From the NCBI GenBank assembly GCA_913052475.1, contig CAJXEJ010000007.1, positions 911-64,910 of the forward strand: a DNA stretch of 64,000 nt. Reading direction: 5' to 3'. Under the pieces are notes generated by a model that did no database searches, had not been told where the DNA came from, and saw only the letters and a program-made list of their open reading frames with translations. This DNA comes from an uncultured Dehalococcoidia bacterium (GTDB taxonomy: Bacteria > Chloroflexota > Dehalococcoidia > Lucifugimonadales > Lucifugimonadaceae). This document shows positions 9,657-20,204 of the stretch, in pieces. Within the stretch, counting starts at the first letter, position 1. Every line of letters starts with the position of its first letter. Both the position numbers and the translations under genes were made by a program.

Positions 9657-10478
9657 TTGGTGTATCGAATGAAGTCGGTTTTAGGCGCATTACGACGGGG
9701 CACGTATAAGCTGATCTGGCTGCGATTTGTCCTGGTAATCCACGACTTGCCTTCTGAAATTGCCGTAAACGGCCCAAATTTGATTCATCGTTCTGCGTTG
9801 CTGGAGCGGCTGACCGACTTTGAAATTGAGCCGGGCGCTGGGTTTGTTGTCGAGATGCTTCCTGCTGGCTATTCGCTGGGTGAAGAATGGGAATCACTCC
9901 CTCGGTCAGCGCAAGATTCCGAAAACGGCATCGTATTAATCAGCGCGGTCGTTCCACCGGTCGACCAGCAACCACGGCTGGCGCTACTTCCGCCGTTCCC
10001 GATCACAAAATCGTTCGAATCCAGTTCGTTTGACGATTTGAGATCGTTCATATCCACGGACCACACGATTGGAATAATCCTCCTCAGGCTTGGGCGCTGG
10101 GCGGTAGCGATCGCCGAAGATGGTGAACTGGTGGTGACCAAAACCGGGAGTCGCTACGTCAAAGGACAACACCGAAAGGGTGGGCAATCGTCGAACCGGT
10201 TCAGACGAGGTCGAGAAAAATGGATTCGAGAACTGTTCGATCAGGCAGGCGAAGCCGCCAGAGCTCGATTTCGTGATTATCCTGGTGAATTAGAGTTTCT
10301 CTCGCTAGGTGGTGACCGAGTCGTACTGGGTCAGTTTCTGAAACGCGTCAAACTACCCGACGGTTTGGGAGATCGTGTGTTGCCGAATCGGGTGGCGGTC
10401 GATCAACCGGGTCGAAGCGCACTCGACCATGCGGTGCGGGAAGCATGGTCGTACCGGTCGCTCGAGTTCACCGATTAG
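9657..10478 (+). CDS. eRF1/Vms1-like release factor (acVLRF1-type peptidyl-tRNA hydrolase)
   Basis: IGIILLRLGRWAVA...YVKGQHRKGGQSSNRFRRGRE...LSLGGD matches the eRF1 middle domain with GGQ. Confidence 0.8.
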   Translation: MVYRMKSVLGALRRGTYKLIWLRFVLVIHDLPSEIAVNGPNLIHRSALLERLTDFEIEPGAGFVVEMLPAGYSLGEEWESLPRSAQDSENGIVLISAVVPPVDQQPRLALLPPFPITKSFESSSFDDLRSFISTDHTIGIILLRLGRWAVAIAEDGELVVTKTGSRYVKGQHRKGGQSSNRFRRGREKWIRELFDQAGEAARARFRDYPGELEFLSLGGDRVVLGQFLKRVKLPDGLGDRVLPNRVAVDQPGRSALDHAVREAWSYRSLEFTD

Positions 10479-10589
10479 AATCCGAAATAGGCATAAAGAA
10501 TGCGATGATGCTCGATTCGTTGGCAATTTCTGAATTTGCGAGCGTGAAGTGACCTTGGGAAGTTCCCTGCAGGCCTGTAGATCGAATCC

Positions 10590-10910
10590 ATGTGATCAGG
10601 CCGATTCATAAAAAGACTGCTCAATTCTAATGAAGATGCAACTGAGACTTCTCCAGTTGATATTGCGGTAGAGGAGCACGCCGAAGAACCTGAGGAATCG
10701 AATCCACCCAAAACGGTCGATACCGATGTGGGTCAGGTTTCCGACGCCAGCCAGTTGTTCGCAACTGAAGACGAGTTGAAGGAAGCGGGTATCAACCCCG
10801 CGGAGCGGTTTGGCGTGCTGGCAGATACGAGCGATTCGGATGAATCGGTGGAACCAGGTGGGCGTTTGATTTTGTACAGGGGGCGCTACGCGGTAATTGG
10901 CAAGGCGTGA
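10590..10910 (+). other. Small acidic ORF, possibly disrupted at its 5' end
   Basis: ATG-TGA at 10590-10595 precedes about 104 open codons (SGRFIKRLLNS...YRGRYAVIGKA). Alternative GTG start at 10728. Confidence 0.4.
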
Positions 10911-11223
10911 CGGGAGTTGCACGACGGTCTCGGAGTGGCTTGGGGCGAGTGACTGCCTTCGGAAGGTTGGATTCGGCTTCAATTGGCTTCGAATTAGTTC
11001 CTTAACGAATAATTCTGAACCCTAATCCACTCATACAAACATATATACAGTGGGGAACTATACGCACACGTGTGTGAGGCGTAGCATCGCGTTGCCCCAC
11101 TAACAACGGATAAGCAAGAGGGGTATGAGGCGTCCGAGCGAGCTTCGAAAGAGCCAGCGATTCGGTGAACGTCCAGGGGTCGAACTCCACTATCGATACC
11201 GACAAGATTGGATACAACCAGCG

Positions 11224-12159
11224 ATGACTACTGCAGCTACTGGCGAACGAGTCGCCTATTTCAACGGCGAGATAATGCCCGAATCCGAAGTCAAGGTGCC
11301 ATTCAGGGACCGTGGCTTCAAGTACGGCGATGCCGTGTTCGACATGACTCGAACGTTTGGCCACAAGATTTTCAAGATCGAAACTCACATCAGCCGTTTC
11401 TACAACTCACTACGTTATGTCGACATCGACCCCGGCATGAGTGAGGAAGAGATGGTTGCCCGGTCTGGTGAGGTGCTTGAGGCCAACCTCGACCTGCTGG
11501 GACCAGACGAAGATTACTGGGTCGGCCAGCGAGTTTCGCGTGGTGTCGATCTTGTAGGCGGCGATATGTGGGAGACGGCAGGTGGTCCAAACGTGATCAT
11601 AGAATGCGCACCGCTGCCGCTCAAGCCACGTGCCCGGCTGTACAAAGATGGCATGGACGTTCTTGTGCCTTCAGTTCGTCGAGTTCCGCCCGAATCACTT
11701 AGCCCTCGTGCCAAGTCGCACAATTATCTCAATTTGATCATGGCCGATATGGAAGCCAAGTCTCAGGATCCTGAGGCGTGGGCGATCCTGCTCGATACTC
11801 GAGGATTCCTCACGGAAGGCATCGGATCGAACATTTTCACGATCAAAGATGGTGTGATCTACACCCCGCAGGAGCAATACGTTCTCGGCGGAATCTCACG
11901 TGAAACTGCAATCGAGATGGCAGAGCGAATCGACGTTCCGGTTGTGACGAAGGATCTCGATCTTTTCGATGCAATGACTGCTGACGAAATCTTCCTGACA
12001 TCGACTTCGCTCTGCATCTGTGGAGTTCGATCGTTCCAGGGTCGCCAAATCGGTGATGGCGTAGCTGCTGGACCGATCACAAAAGCCTTGATGGACGCTT
12101 ACGTTGATTTCGTCGATTTCGACTGGATCGGCCAGTACCTGAAACGGCTCGAAGACTAA
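11224..12159 (+). CDS. Class IV aminotransferase (branched-chain/D-amino-acid aminotransferase family)
   Basis: DRGFKYGDAVFD, RAKSHNYLN, TEGIGSNIF, LGGISR, EIFLTST. Confidence 0.9.
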   Translation: MTTAATGERVAYFNGEIMPESEVKVPFRDRGFKYGDAVFDMTRTFGHKIFKIETHISRFYNSLRYVDIDPGMSEEEMVARSGEVLEANLDLLGPDEDYWVGQRVSRGVDLVGGDMWETAGGPNVIIECAPLPLKPRARLYKDGMDVLVPSVRRVPPESLSPRAKSHNYLNLIMADMEAKSQDPEAWAILLDTRGFLTEGIGSNIFTIKDGVIYTPQEQYVLGGISRETAIEMAERIDVPVVTKDLDLFDAMTADEIFLTSTSLCICGVRSFQGRQIGDGVAAGPITKALMDAYVDFVDFDWIGQYLKRLED

Positions 12160-12177
12160 CCAGGAACAAAGGCCAAC

Positions 12178-13332
12178 GTGAGTACTACTAAAAAGCTGTA
12201 CCTCCCACCAAAGGGCGAGTGGGAGCGTCGAGATGCTTCGTCACTCGGCGTCGATCAGTCGATTCTCGGTTCCGCAGTTCAGTTTGCTAAGGACAATGAG
12301 ATCAACTGGCCGATCGATATCGAGAACGGTCGTGTTGGGGACGACGCGCCCGAGTGGGCTGCAAAACTCGGCCCTTTCAAAGACCGAGGCGGGCCTGCGG
12401 GCGTTGTGATCAAAGACGGCTACATCGTTGCCGAGTGGGGAGATATTCATCGTGTCGATCTCACGTTCAGTGCAACGAAAAGCTACGTTGCCACTATTGC
12501 GGGACTCGCGCATGACCGAGGGATGATCAAAAGCACATCTGATCCGGTTCTCGACTACGAATCTAGCAAGTCAATAATCCAGCGAAATACTGGTGAGCCA
12601 GTTGATGGTTTCGATACTGATCAAAACCGTGGTGTGACGTGGGAGCATTTGCTCCAGCAGACCTCCGAGTGGGAGGGAACGCTCTACACCAAGCCCGATA
12701 TCGTCGATTGGAACCGGAATCTCGGTCCAGAAAGCATGGGCGATCCCGGAAGAGCGGCTCGGCGTGATCGCAAAGCTCCCGGTGGTCACTGGGAGTACAA
12801 TGATGTTCGAGTTAATCGAACTGCACTTGCGCTTCTGGCGGTCTGGGGAGAACCGCTTCCCGATGTGCTAACCCGTGAGGTGATGGATCCGATCGGTTCG
12901 TCGGGCACGTGGGAATGGCATGGGTACGACGATCATTCTGCAGTGAATCTAGATGGAGTGGTCACCGAATCGGTGTCTGGTGGTGCTCACTGGGGCGGTG
13001 GACTCTGGATCGACACTCTCGATCACGCTCGTTTTGGGATGCTCTATCTCAACCGTGGTCGCTGGGGTGATCATCAGATTGTTTCTGAAAAGTGGATCGA
13101 CATGATGACGGTCCCGTGCGAACTGAATCCTCAGTATGGCTACATGTGGTGGCTCAATACCGGAGGCCTTCGATACGGGGCGAACGCATCGGAAGCTACA
13201 TTCTCGGCTTCTGGGGCCGGTGGAAATTGCGTCGTGATTGATCCTGAGAAGGACCTCATCGTGGTTACCCGGTGGTGTGAGGACGTGCCTGGTGTGGTTG
13301 ACCTTGCGGCTCAAGCGATGGTTTCCATCTAG
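12178..13332 (+). CDS. Beta-lactamase-family serine hydrolase (class C/NylB-like)
   Basis: FSATKS SxxK motif, WEYND, YGYMWW. Confidence 0.85.
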   Translation: MSTTKKLYLPPKGEWERRDASSLGVDQSILGSAVQFAKDNEINWPIDIENGRVGDDAPEWAAKLGPFKDRGGPAGVVIKDGYIVAEWGDIHRVDLTFSATKSYVATIAGLAHDRGMIKSTSDPVLDYESSKSIIQRNTGEPVDGFDTDQNRGVTWEHLLQQTSEWEGTLYTKPDIVDWNRNLGPESMGDPGRAARRDRKAPGGHWEYNDVRVNRTALALLAVWGEPLPDVLTREVMDPIGSSGTWEWHGYDDHSAVNLDGVVTESVSGGAHWGGGLWIDTLDHARFGMLYLNRGRWGDHQIVSEKWIDMMTVPCELNPQYGYMWWLNTGGLRYGANASEATFSASGAGGNCVVIDPEKDLIVVTRWCEDVPGVVDLAAQAMVSI

Positions 13333-13338
13333 TCGTTC

Positions 13339-14319
13339 ATGGCAACATCTTCTTCGGAAAGCTCAACGAAAATCGCTGACTCCTCTGTGACAAACGGACG
13401 GCGACCTCTTTCGCTCAGAGCCGGTGCGCTGGCTTTGCTGCTGTCGACGATGTGGGCCGGTAATCCCGTTGCCAACAAGGCAGGACTGGAAGATGCAGGT
13501 CCGCTGCGACTCGGGTATCTGCGGTTCATTCTTGGTGCGATCGTTGTACTGATCTACGCGATCGCAACCCGACAATCGTTCCGAGTGCTTCGACATGAAT
13601 GGGTGCCGCTTGGGCTACTCGGCTTGCTTTTCACCGTCCAACTGGCGTTTATGAATATCGGTCAGGATTTCACGACCGCTGGGCACGCTGTGGTTGTGAC
13701 AACTACGTTCCCGCTTTGGGCGGCCGTTTTCGCACATTTCGTTGTTCCGGGCGATCGAATGTCACGTTCGCGGACATTTGGAACCATGATCGCTTATGGA
13801 GGTGTTGTCGCTGTTTTCTACAAGGGATTCGCTGATTCCAGCTCGGATTTCCTGATTGGCGACTTATTACTTCTGGGATCGGCGATTCTATTAGGTGGCA
13901 GGCAAGTGTTGCTGTCGCAGCTTGGCCAGGGGATCGAGCAGCACAAGCTACTGATGGCGCAGAGTATTTTCGGCATCGTCACGTTCATTATCGCTAGCCT
14001 GATTTTCGAAGGTGACGAGGCGTTCGTGGTTACGACAAAGCTCGTAATCGCGCTGTTCTACACTGGCGTTCTGATTGCCGGATTAGGCTTCATCGGCCAG
14101 ACGTGGCTGCTCAAACGTTACTTGCCAAGTCGTGTAACGGTCATCTCGCTGAGTCAACCAATTTTCGGTGTGCTGCTCAGTTGGTGGATACTCGGCGAAC
14201 CGATCGGAGGCGAACTCTACGTCGGTGCCGTGCTTGTCGTTGCCGGATCGGCACTCGCTCAAAGGCGAAGCGATCCGAAAACGACGTCGCCAGAACCTGC
14301 TGGTGACGCTTCTAGATAA
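13339..14319 (+). CDS. DMT/EamA family transporter
   Basis: About 10 hydrophobic helices; LSQPIFGVLLSWWILGE. Confidence 0.88.
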   Translation: MATSSSESSTKIADSSVTNGRRPLSLRAGALALLLSTMWAGNPVANKAGLEDAGPLRLGYLRFILGAIVVLIYAIATRQSFRVLRHEWVPLGLLGLLFTVQLAFMNIGQDFTTAGHAVVVTTTFPLWAAVFAHFVVPGDRMSRSRTFGTMIAYGGVVAVFYKGFADSSSDFLIGDLLLLGSAILLGGRQVLLSQLGQGIEQHKLLMAQSIFGIVTFIIASLIFEGDEAFVVTTKLVIALFYTGVLIAGLGFIGQTWLLKRYLPSRVTVISLSQPIFGVLLSWWILGEPIGGELYVGAVLVVAGSALAQRRSDPKTTSPEPAGDASR

Positions 14320-14708
14320 GCGAGTGAACTACTTCGACATCGAGGTGGCGCTTCGGGTAGAACGCGGCAGCCTGCCTCTGCTGCAAGAGTTGCGTACTCG
14401 TCATCCTGTTTCATCGAGGTTAGAACGACCGCTGCCTGTGAGTCGGCACGAGGATCGTGCCAAAGGCCTCGAAGCCGTTCATTTGTGGCATCTGCACGTC
14501 CATCACGACGATGTCTGGGTTCATCTTGCCATCATCTCGATTGCATGCATGCCGTCGATTGCTTCGCCAACGACTTCACAGGCACCATCTCGCTCAGTAC
14601 CGAGCGGACGGCATTTCGGATTGCGGGCTGATCATTTATAAGAAGAACATAGAATGATTCGAATTCAGCTTGCGTAGTTTCGTTGAAAAAATCGACTATC
14701 TCACCCAT
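14312..14708 (-). pseudogene. Frameshifted response-regulator receiver domain
   Basis: Fragments in shifting frames: VLLINDQPAIRNAVRSVL / EVVGEAIDG / PDIVVMDVQMPQMNGFEA / VVLTSM...AEAG / AAFYPK. Confidence 0.75.
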
Positions 14709-14938
14709 TGTTGTGTCGCCTACCAGTTGGTCTGATTGCCGGGCCAGAGGTGAATCGGGAGCCGGTGTAGCTGATGTAGCAAATCTATACTCAATTGTCC
14801 TGAACCGAGCAGCAGGTCTGCGCCTGATCGTCTTGGTGGTAGCGCACATCTGCTGTTTCGTGTTTCTCGGAGTGGTTAGGGGAAGCTGCGCAGGAGCCGT
14901 TTTCCTGGCAACGACATAGGTAGAATTCTTGCCGCACC

Positions 14939-15676
14939 ATGCCAGAGCAAGTATCAAAACCTGAACTGCCGTACCGTTCTGACGAGTCAGAAGAGTCGAT
15001 CATTCCAACTGCTGAAACGTCGGGGATCACGCGCCTTAGCAAGATTGAGAGCGAAACCGAAGGCGCCCATCTTCGTCGCGTTGCCGATGAATTGAGCGGC
15101 TCGGGTGAGGAACGAATTTCGCAGCTTCACGCAACGCTTGCGCATCGAGATCCGGGTGAACGAGTAACTGCGGCTCGCGAGTTGGGCAAGATCGGATCAA
15201 TTCGGGCGATACAACTCCTGCGGGATTTGCTGGTGTCGAGTCATGAAGATTCCTGGCGGTTGGCGATTCACGGATTACGCACGGGCGGGTCACGTGAGGG
15301 CTGGTTGTGTCTTGAAGGTGTGGCTCACGACGATGCTGTGCAACTGGCTTACGCCAATGAGCGGGCATCAAACATATCGTTCAAGCGATTGATGGCAATG
15401 GGTCGAACTAAAATGATGGATCGGCTATTTCGCGCTGCCGACGGCCATTCACGATCGATACCGGGAGAAGTTGCCCGGCAATTTTCTATCGATGCCGTTG
15501 CTACGTTGCCCACCGATCATCAAGACGTGATGGAGCATCGATTGGGCCTACTGAGCGGCGGCGCAGCAACACCGTCCGACACTGCCAAGGCGCTTGGCGT
15601 TAGCTTGGACCGAGTTCGGTCGATCGAGCTTGAGAGTTGGCAGTTGATTCACTCGCCAATCGAAATTGACCGGTAG
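14939..15676 (+). CDS. HEAT-repeat protein with C-terminal sigma-70 region 4-like HTH
   Basis: HEAT-like RVTAARELGKIG...LLRDLL; C-terminal LPTDHQDVMEHRLGL...TAKALGVSLDRVRSIE. Confidence 0.7.
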   Translation: MPEQVSKPELPYRSDESEESIIPTAETSGITRLSKIESETEGAHLRRVADELSGSGEERISQLHATLAHRDPGERVTAARELGKIGSIRAIQLLRDLLVSSHEDSWRLAIHGLRTGGSREGWLCLEGVAHDDAVQLAYANERASNISFKRLMAMGRTKMMDRLFRAADGHSRSIPGEVARQFSIDAVATLPTDHQDVMEHRLGLLSGGAATPSDTAKALGVSLDRVRSIELESWQLIHSPIEIDR

Positions 15677-15690
15677 CAACTTAGCCGCAA

Positions 15691-17001
15691 GTGCAGGCAT
15701 ATACTGCTGCGGAATTGGTAAACGAACAGGCAACCGAAGAACCATCCTCCCCCTCCTCTGGTGACCGTGGAGTTATCTCACGGTTGATGCCCGACACCCT
15801 CGCCGCCGCTTTTCGCTCGCTCAGCAATCGAAATTTTCGCTATCTGTGGTTCGGACAACTGCTATCTGCAACTGCAATGCACGCCGATATGGTCGCCCGT
15901 AGTTGGCTGGTGTGGGATCTCACCGGATCGTCGACCTCGGTCGCGTCGGTACTCGTTGCTCGTGCAATTCCAATGCTGATACTCGGCTTGATCGGTGGTG
16001 TGGCTGCTGATCGATTCAACCGTCGCAGGCTGCTGATGATTATTCAGGCATGGACGATGTTGATGCATGTGATCATGGCTGCGCTGCTGTTAGCTGGGGT
16101 TATCGAACTCTGGCACGTCTATGTGCTTGCGTTCGCACTGGGTGCGGGTATGGCGATGAACCAACCCGTTCGAACTTCGATCATTCCGAATCTTGTTGAT
16201 AAGAAAGATATGATCAATGCGATGTCGCTGAACTCTATCGCCATCAACAGCACCCGCCTTGGTGGACCGGCACTGATCGCGATATTGATCGCCGCCACCG
16301 ATGTCGGGTGGGCGTACGTGTGGTCGGCTGGTGCTTTTGCGGTTGTGCTGTTCACTACATCGAAAATAGCCATTCCCGATATTTCCTCAGGAAGATCTCG
16401 TGGTAATCCTCTTAATCAGCTCGTGGAGGGGTTCGTATACATCGGTAGGCATCGAGTGATTCTTGCGCTCGTGCTGCTCGGGTTGGGCCCGCTTGCGATT
16501 GGTTTCTCTCATCAGGTGCTGCTTCCTCAGTTAGTGGAGGAGGAATACGGCTACGGGATTGGTCTGCTGGGTGTGCTGACTTCGGTGGGGGCGGTCGGGG
16601 GACTGACTGGCGGTATCTACATCGCTTCGAGGCGAAACGTTTCGTTTAAGGGTCGTTTGATGTTGTTTTCAGCTACTTCATACGGCCTGGCCCTTCTCGG
16701 TTTCGCAGGAGCTTCGTACTTGTGGATGGCGTTCCCTTTGATTATCTGGATCGGTGTATCGCAAACGTTGTTCCGCGCTGGCAACAGTGCGACCCTGATG
16801 GAACTGGCCCCCGATCGTCTACGAGGTCGTATTATCTCGGCGACTCTACTCGATACGGCGCTATCTCCGGCAGCCGGAGTCGCAGCGGGATTTGCGGCCG
16901 ACACGTATGGCGTCAGCGCTGGATACATGCTGCTTTCGGCAGGTTGTCTGGGAGTTGTGGCGCTGACCATGATTATCTATCCACGAGTAAAAAACCTCTA
17001 G
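15691..17001 (+). CDS. MFS transporter
   Basis: RNFRYLWFGQ, GGVAADRFNRRRL motif A, about 12 TM segments. Confidence 0.9.
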   Translation: MQAYTAAELVNEQATEEPSSPSSGDRGVISRLMPDTLAAAFRSLSNRNFRYLWFGQLLSATAMHADMVARSWLVWDLTGSSTSVASVLVARAIPMLILGLIGGVAADRFNRRRLLMIIQAWTMLMHVIMAALLLAGVIELWHVYVLAFALGAGMAMNQPVRTSIIPNLVDKKDMINAMSLNSIAINSTRLGGPALIAILIAATDVGWAYVWSAGAFAVVLFTTSKIAIPDISSGRSRGNPLNQLVEGFVYIGRHRVILALVLLGLGPLAIGFSHQVLLPQLVEEEYGYGIGLLGVLTSVGAVGGLTGGIYIASRRNVSFKGRLMLFSATSYGLALLGFAGASYLWMAFPLIIWIGVSQTLFRAGNSATLMELAPDRLRGRIISATLLDTALSPAAGVAAGFAADTYGVSAGYMLLSAGCLGVVALTMIIYPRVKNL

Positions 17002-17143
17002 CAGTATCGACCGACCGCAGTCAGGTATAAACTGCCGTGATTCGGATTTCACGCGGGCTGGCGATGGATGTGCTGTTTGGGATAAATCAATGTTCGAGCA
17101 GTAACCAGACTCCGAATAGAGCAGAACCTCACCCAGAAAAACA

Positions 17144-18280
17144 ATGAAAATCACCGATATCAAGACGTTTGTCATGAAAGGCGGAAACCGCAACTGGGTT
17201 TTTTGCAAGGTCGAAACCGATGAAGGTATTCACGGTTGGGGCGAGGGCACGCTCGAAGGACACGAGCGTGCGGTTGAACAAGGAATCAAGACGCTTGCAA
17301 CACGCCTGATAGATCGTGATCCAACGCAGATCGAGCTCAACTGGCAGATCATGTATCGCCACGGCTTCTGGCGTGGTGGTCCGGTGATGGGTTCCGCCAT
17401 GGCAGGGATAGATATTGCTCTCTGGGACCTCACCGGAAAAGCATACGATCTGCCGGTATACAAATTACTCGGTGGTGCGGTTCGTGAGCGTGTTCGCGCA
17501 TATACTCATGCTGGCGATTTGCGAGGCGGTTGGGACGCCGTAGATCAGGGATTTTCTGCGTTCAAGACCGGCGGTTGGGCTGCAGGCTACAACGAGTTCT
17601 ACGAAGCGGATGTCGTTGATGCCTTGCACGAGAAGATCAAGGGCATGCGCAAAGAACTCGGCGACGATGTTGAGATCATGATCGACAATCACGGTCGTTC
17701 ACGACCGTCACTGGCCAACAGACAAATTGCTGCGATTGACGAGTTCAATATCACGTTCTTCGAAGAACCGGTACCGCCTGACAATCTTGATGCGATGGAG
17801 CAGATTCGCGCAGCCGGTCACAAGACTGATATCGCCACTGGCGAACGACTGTTTTTCCGATACGGATTCCGAGATATCTTGCACCGCCGTCTCGCCGACG
17901 TTATTCAGCCAGATATCGCTCACACGGGCGGTATTACTGAGATCAAAAAGATCGCCCAGATGGCAGAGATCGAGTACATCAAATTCGCACCTCATAACCC
18001 GAATGGCCCACTCTCAACTGCAGCGTCGATGCACGTGTGCGCAACTGTTCCTAACTTCCAGATTTTGGAGACGGCACGAGACATGCCGTGGCACGACAAA
18101 GTTCAGACAACCCCGCTTGTGTTGAAAGACGGCTACTTCGAACTGCCAACAGCACCGGGACTCGGGACCGACATAGACGAATCAGTGTTTGCTGAACGAC
18201 CGTACATTCCGCCCGAACCAGTTGAATCAGGCGTATCCGGTTCATGGAATGCTGAGGATGGATCGCCAGCGGACGTGTAG
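17144..18280 (+). CDS. Galactonate dehydratase-like enolase superfamily protein
   Basis: KVETDEGIHGWGE, GFWRGGPV, IDNHGR, FEEP, TGERL, APHNPNGP. Confidence 0.9.
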   Translation: MKITDIKTFVMKGGNRNWVFCKVETDEGIHGWGEGTLEGHERAVEQGIKTLATRLIDRDPTQIELNWQIMYRHGFWRGGPVMGSAMAGIDIALWDLTGKAYDLPVYKLLGGAVRERVRAYTHAGDLRGGWDAVDQGFSAFKTGGWAAGYNEFYEADVVDALHEKIKGMRKELGDDVEIMIDNHGRSRPSLANRQIAAIDEFNITFFEEPVPPDNLDAMEQIRAAGHKTDIATGERLFFRYGFRDILHRRLADVIQPDIAHTGGITEIKKIAQMAEIEYIKFAPHNPNGPLSTAASMHVCATVPNFQILETARDMPWHDKVQTTPLVLKDGYFELPTAPGLGTDIDESVFAERPYIPPEPVESGVSGSWNAEDGSPADV

Positions 18281-18322
18281 TTCGAACCCTCAATTCAGTT
18301 GGGCTACAACTACGATTTACTT

Positions 18323-19006
18323 ATGACCAATCAAAAGTTCCGCGCGGCACTTTTCGATATGGACGACACGCTGATCGACAGGCGTTCGGCGTACGACGAT
18401 GTTTACCGGGTGTTTTACGATCGCCACGAGGCGATTCATAGTACGACAAGTTGGGAAAACGCACTGGAGTTTTTCTGGTCGCTGTCGCCGTCTAATGCCA
18501 CTAACGCCAACACGGCAATTCTTGATATCCAAGAGAGATGGCCCGGCGTCACAGGCGATTCGCAATCGCACTACAACTTCTACTTCACGCACATGGTGAA
18601 ATTCATAAAAGTGCTGCCGGGTGCGATCGATTTCATCGAGTGGATGAATTCGAACACTTCGAAGTGGGGCGTTGTGACTAACGGCGATCAGTTTCAGCAT
18701 CTGAAGGCTGAGACGACCGGACTCGACAGGATCACACCGTTCGTGCTGGCATCGAGGTTGTTTGGAGTAGATAAACCGGCACCCGAGGTGTTCATGGAAG
18801 CTGTTCGGCTTCTGGATATCGAAGGACTAGCGACCGAAGAGATTCTTTTTGTTGGAGATAATCCCTACACCGACATTCTCGGGGCTCACGGCGTTGGGAT
18901 GAAAACCGCTTGGGTGCGAATGGGGCGAGAGAAATATCCAGACGATGCGCCGGCACCTGATTACGTGATCGATCACGTCGAAGAACTGAAGAATGTGTTG
19001 GTGTAG
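18323..19006 (+). CDS. HAD superfamily hydrolase
   Basis: FDMDDTL, VTNG, KPAP, VGDNPYTDILGA. Confidence 0.9.
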   Translation: MTNQKFRAALFDMDDTLIDRRSAYDDVYRVFYDRHEAIHSTTSWENALEFFWSLSPSNATNANTAILDIQERWPGVTGDSQSHYNFYFTHMVKFIKVLPGAIDFIEWMNSNTSKWGVVTNGDQFQHLKAETTGLDRITPFVLASRLFGVDKPAPEVFMEAVRLLDIEGLATEEILFVGDNPYTDILGAHGVGMKTAWVRMGREKYPDDAPAPDYVIDHVEELKNVLV

Positions 19007-19175
19007 AACGCGGACACGCGTCCTGAGCGGCAACCGAAGGATCTGAGTCGTGGTGGGCCCGCTGCCCGTTATCCAATCCAACGGTCTACAATTCCGGCGA
19101 AATGGCAGGGCAGAAATAGGTTGTCGAAGAATGACCGCAACATCGCACGCAAGTGATTGAAAGCGAGAGAACGAA

Positions 19176-20204
19176 TTGGTTGGAGTAGCAGTGCTTGGCA
19201 CCGGTCGAATCGGTGGAAGTTATATCGACGTCGTAAACCAAACGCCGGGAGCCGAACTGAAAGTTGTCGCCGAGCAGCGAGCCGAAGCGGCAGCGCCTTG
19301 GGAAGACAAGTATCCGGATGTTGAGTTCGTATCCGACTACAAAGCCGTTCTCGAGCGCGACGATGTCGATATCGTCATCGGCACGCTCCCCCACTGGCTC
19401 CACTATCAGGCGGGTCTCGACTCTGCGAATGCCGGTAAGCATGTGTTCATGGAAAAACCGCTTGCACTCACAGCTGCTGAAGGGCGAGAGATGATCGCCG
19501 CTGCTGCTGCGAACGGTGTGAAGCTCATGACCGCTCATACACAGCGGTACTACCCTGCTGTTCAATCGATGAAAAAACTGGTCGATTCGAAACGGCTTGG
19601 CGAAGTGGTGATGGCCCACGATATGTGGCACAAGGTTTACCAGCCATGGACGCGCCCACCCTGGATGTTGATCGGTTCAAAAGGTGGTGGCATGGGACAG
19701 ATGGACGGCACCCACGAGATCGATCGCTTGATGTGGATCATGGGTGACGACGTCGAGACGGTGAGCGCGCAGATCGGTCAGGTCACCTACCCACGAGCCA
19801 AAAACCCGGATATCGACTGCGACGATACAGCGATGTGCTTTTTACGTTGGAAGTCAGGCAAGGTGGCAACGATTAGTCGAATGGCATGGCGGGTCGGTGC
19901 GACTGAGTATGGCGCTGATTTCTTTTTTACGAACGGTATGGCGAAGTTCCGACTCAAATACGGTCGAGCCGAGGGGCAGGAAACCGCCCTGTGGATTGGC
20001 GATACCGAAGAAGGCAACTGGCAGAAGGAAGAGGTTCGTGAGAACGAGCCACTGCTGGAGGAGTTCACCGAGTTCGTCGAAGCCATTGAGCGGAGAGATG
20101 CCGACACGCCGATTCCACAGGAGCACGGTTTGCGGGTGCTGACGGTATTCGAAGCCACAGAAGAATCGTCTCGAACTGGTCGAGAGGTCAAGATTGACTG
20201 GTAG
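19176..20204 (+). CDS. Gfo/Idh/MocA family oxidoreductase
   Basis: VAVLGTGRIG, GKHVFMEKP, DGTHEID. Confidence 0.9.
   Translation: MVGVAVLGTGRIGGSYIDVVNQTPGAELKVVAEQRAEAAAPWEDKYPDVEFVSDYKAVLERDDVDIVIGTLPHWLHYQAGLDSANAGKHVFMEKPLALTAAEGREMIAAAAANGVKLMTAHTQRYYPAVQSMKKLVDSKRLGEVVMAHDMWHKVYQPWTRPPWMLIGSKGGGMGQMDGTHEIDRLMWIMGDDVETVSAQIGQVTYPRAKNPDIDCDDTAMCFLRWKSGKVATISRMAWRVGATEYGADFFFTNGMAKFRLKYGRAEGQETALWIGDTEEGNWQKEEVRENEPLLEEFTEFVEAIERRDADTPIPQEHGLRVLTVFEATEESSRTGREVKIDW

Noticed and set aside
10590..10595. ATG-TGA as a second Sec recoding site
   Set aside because: Codon 2 position, no redox motif and no convincing downstream hairpin.
14168..14957. ORFs 14168-14641, 14457-14657 and 14532-14957 as genes
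   Set aside because: They are shadows or fragments of the response-regulator pseudogene.
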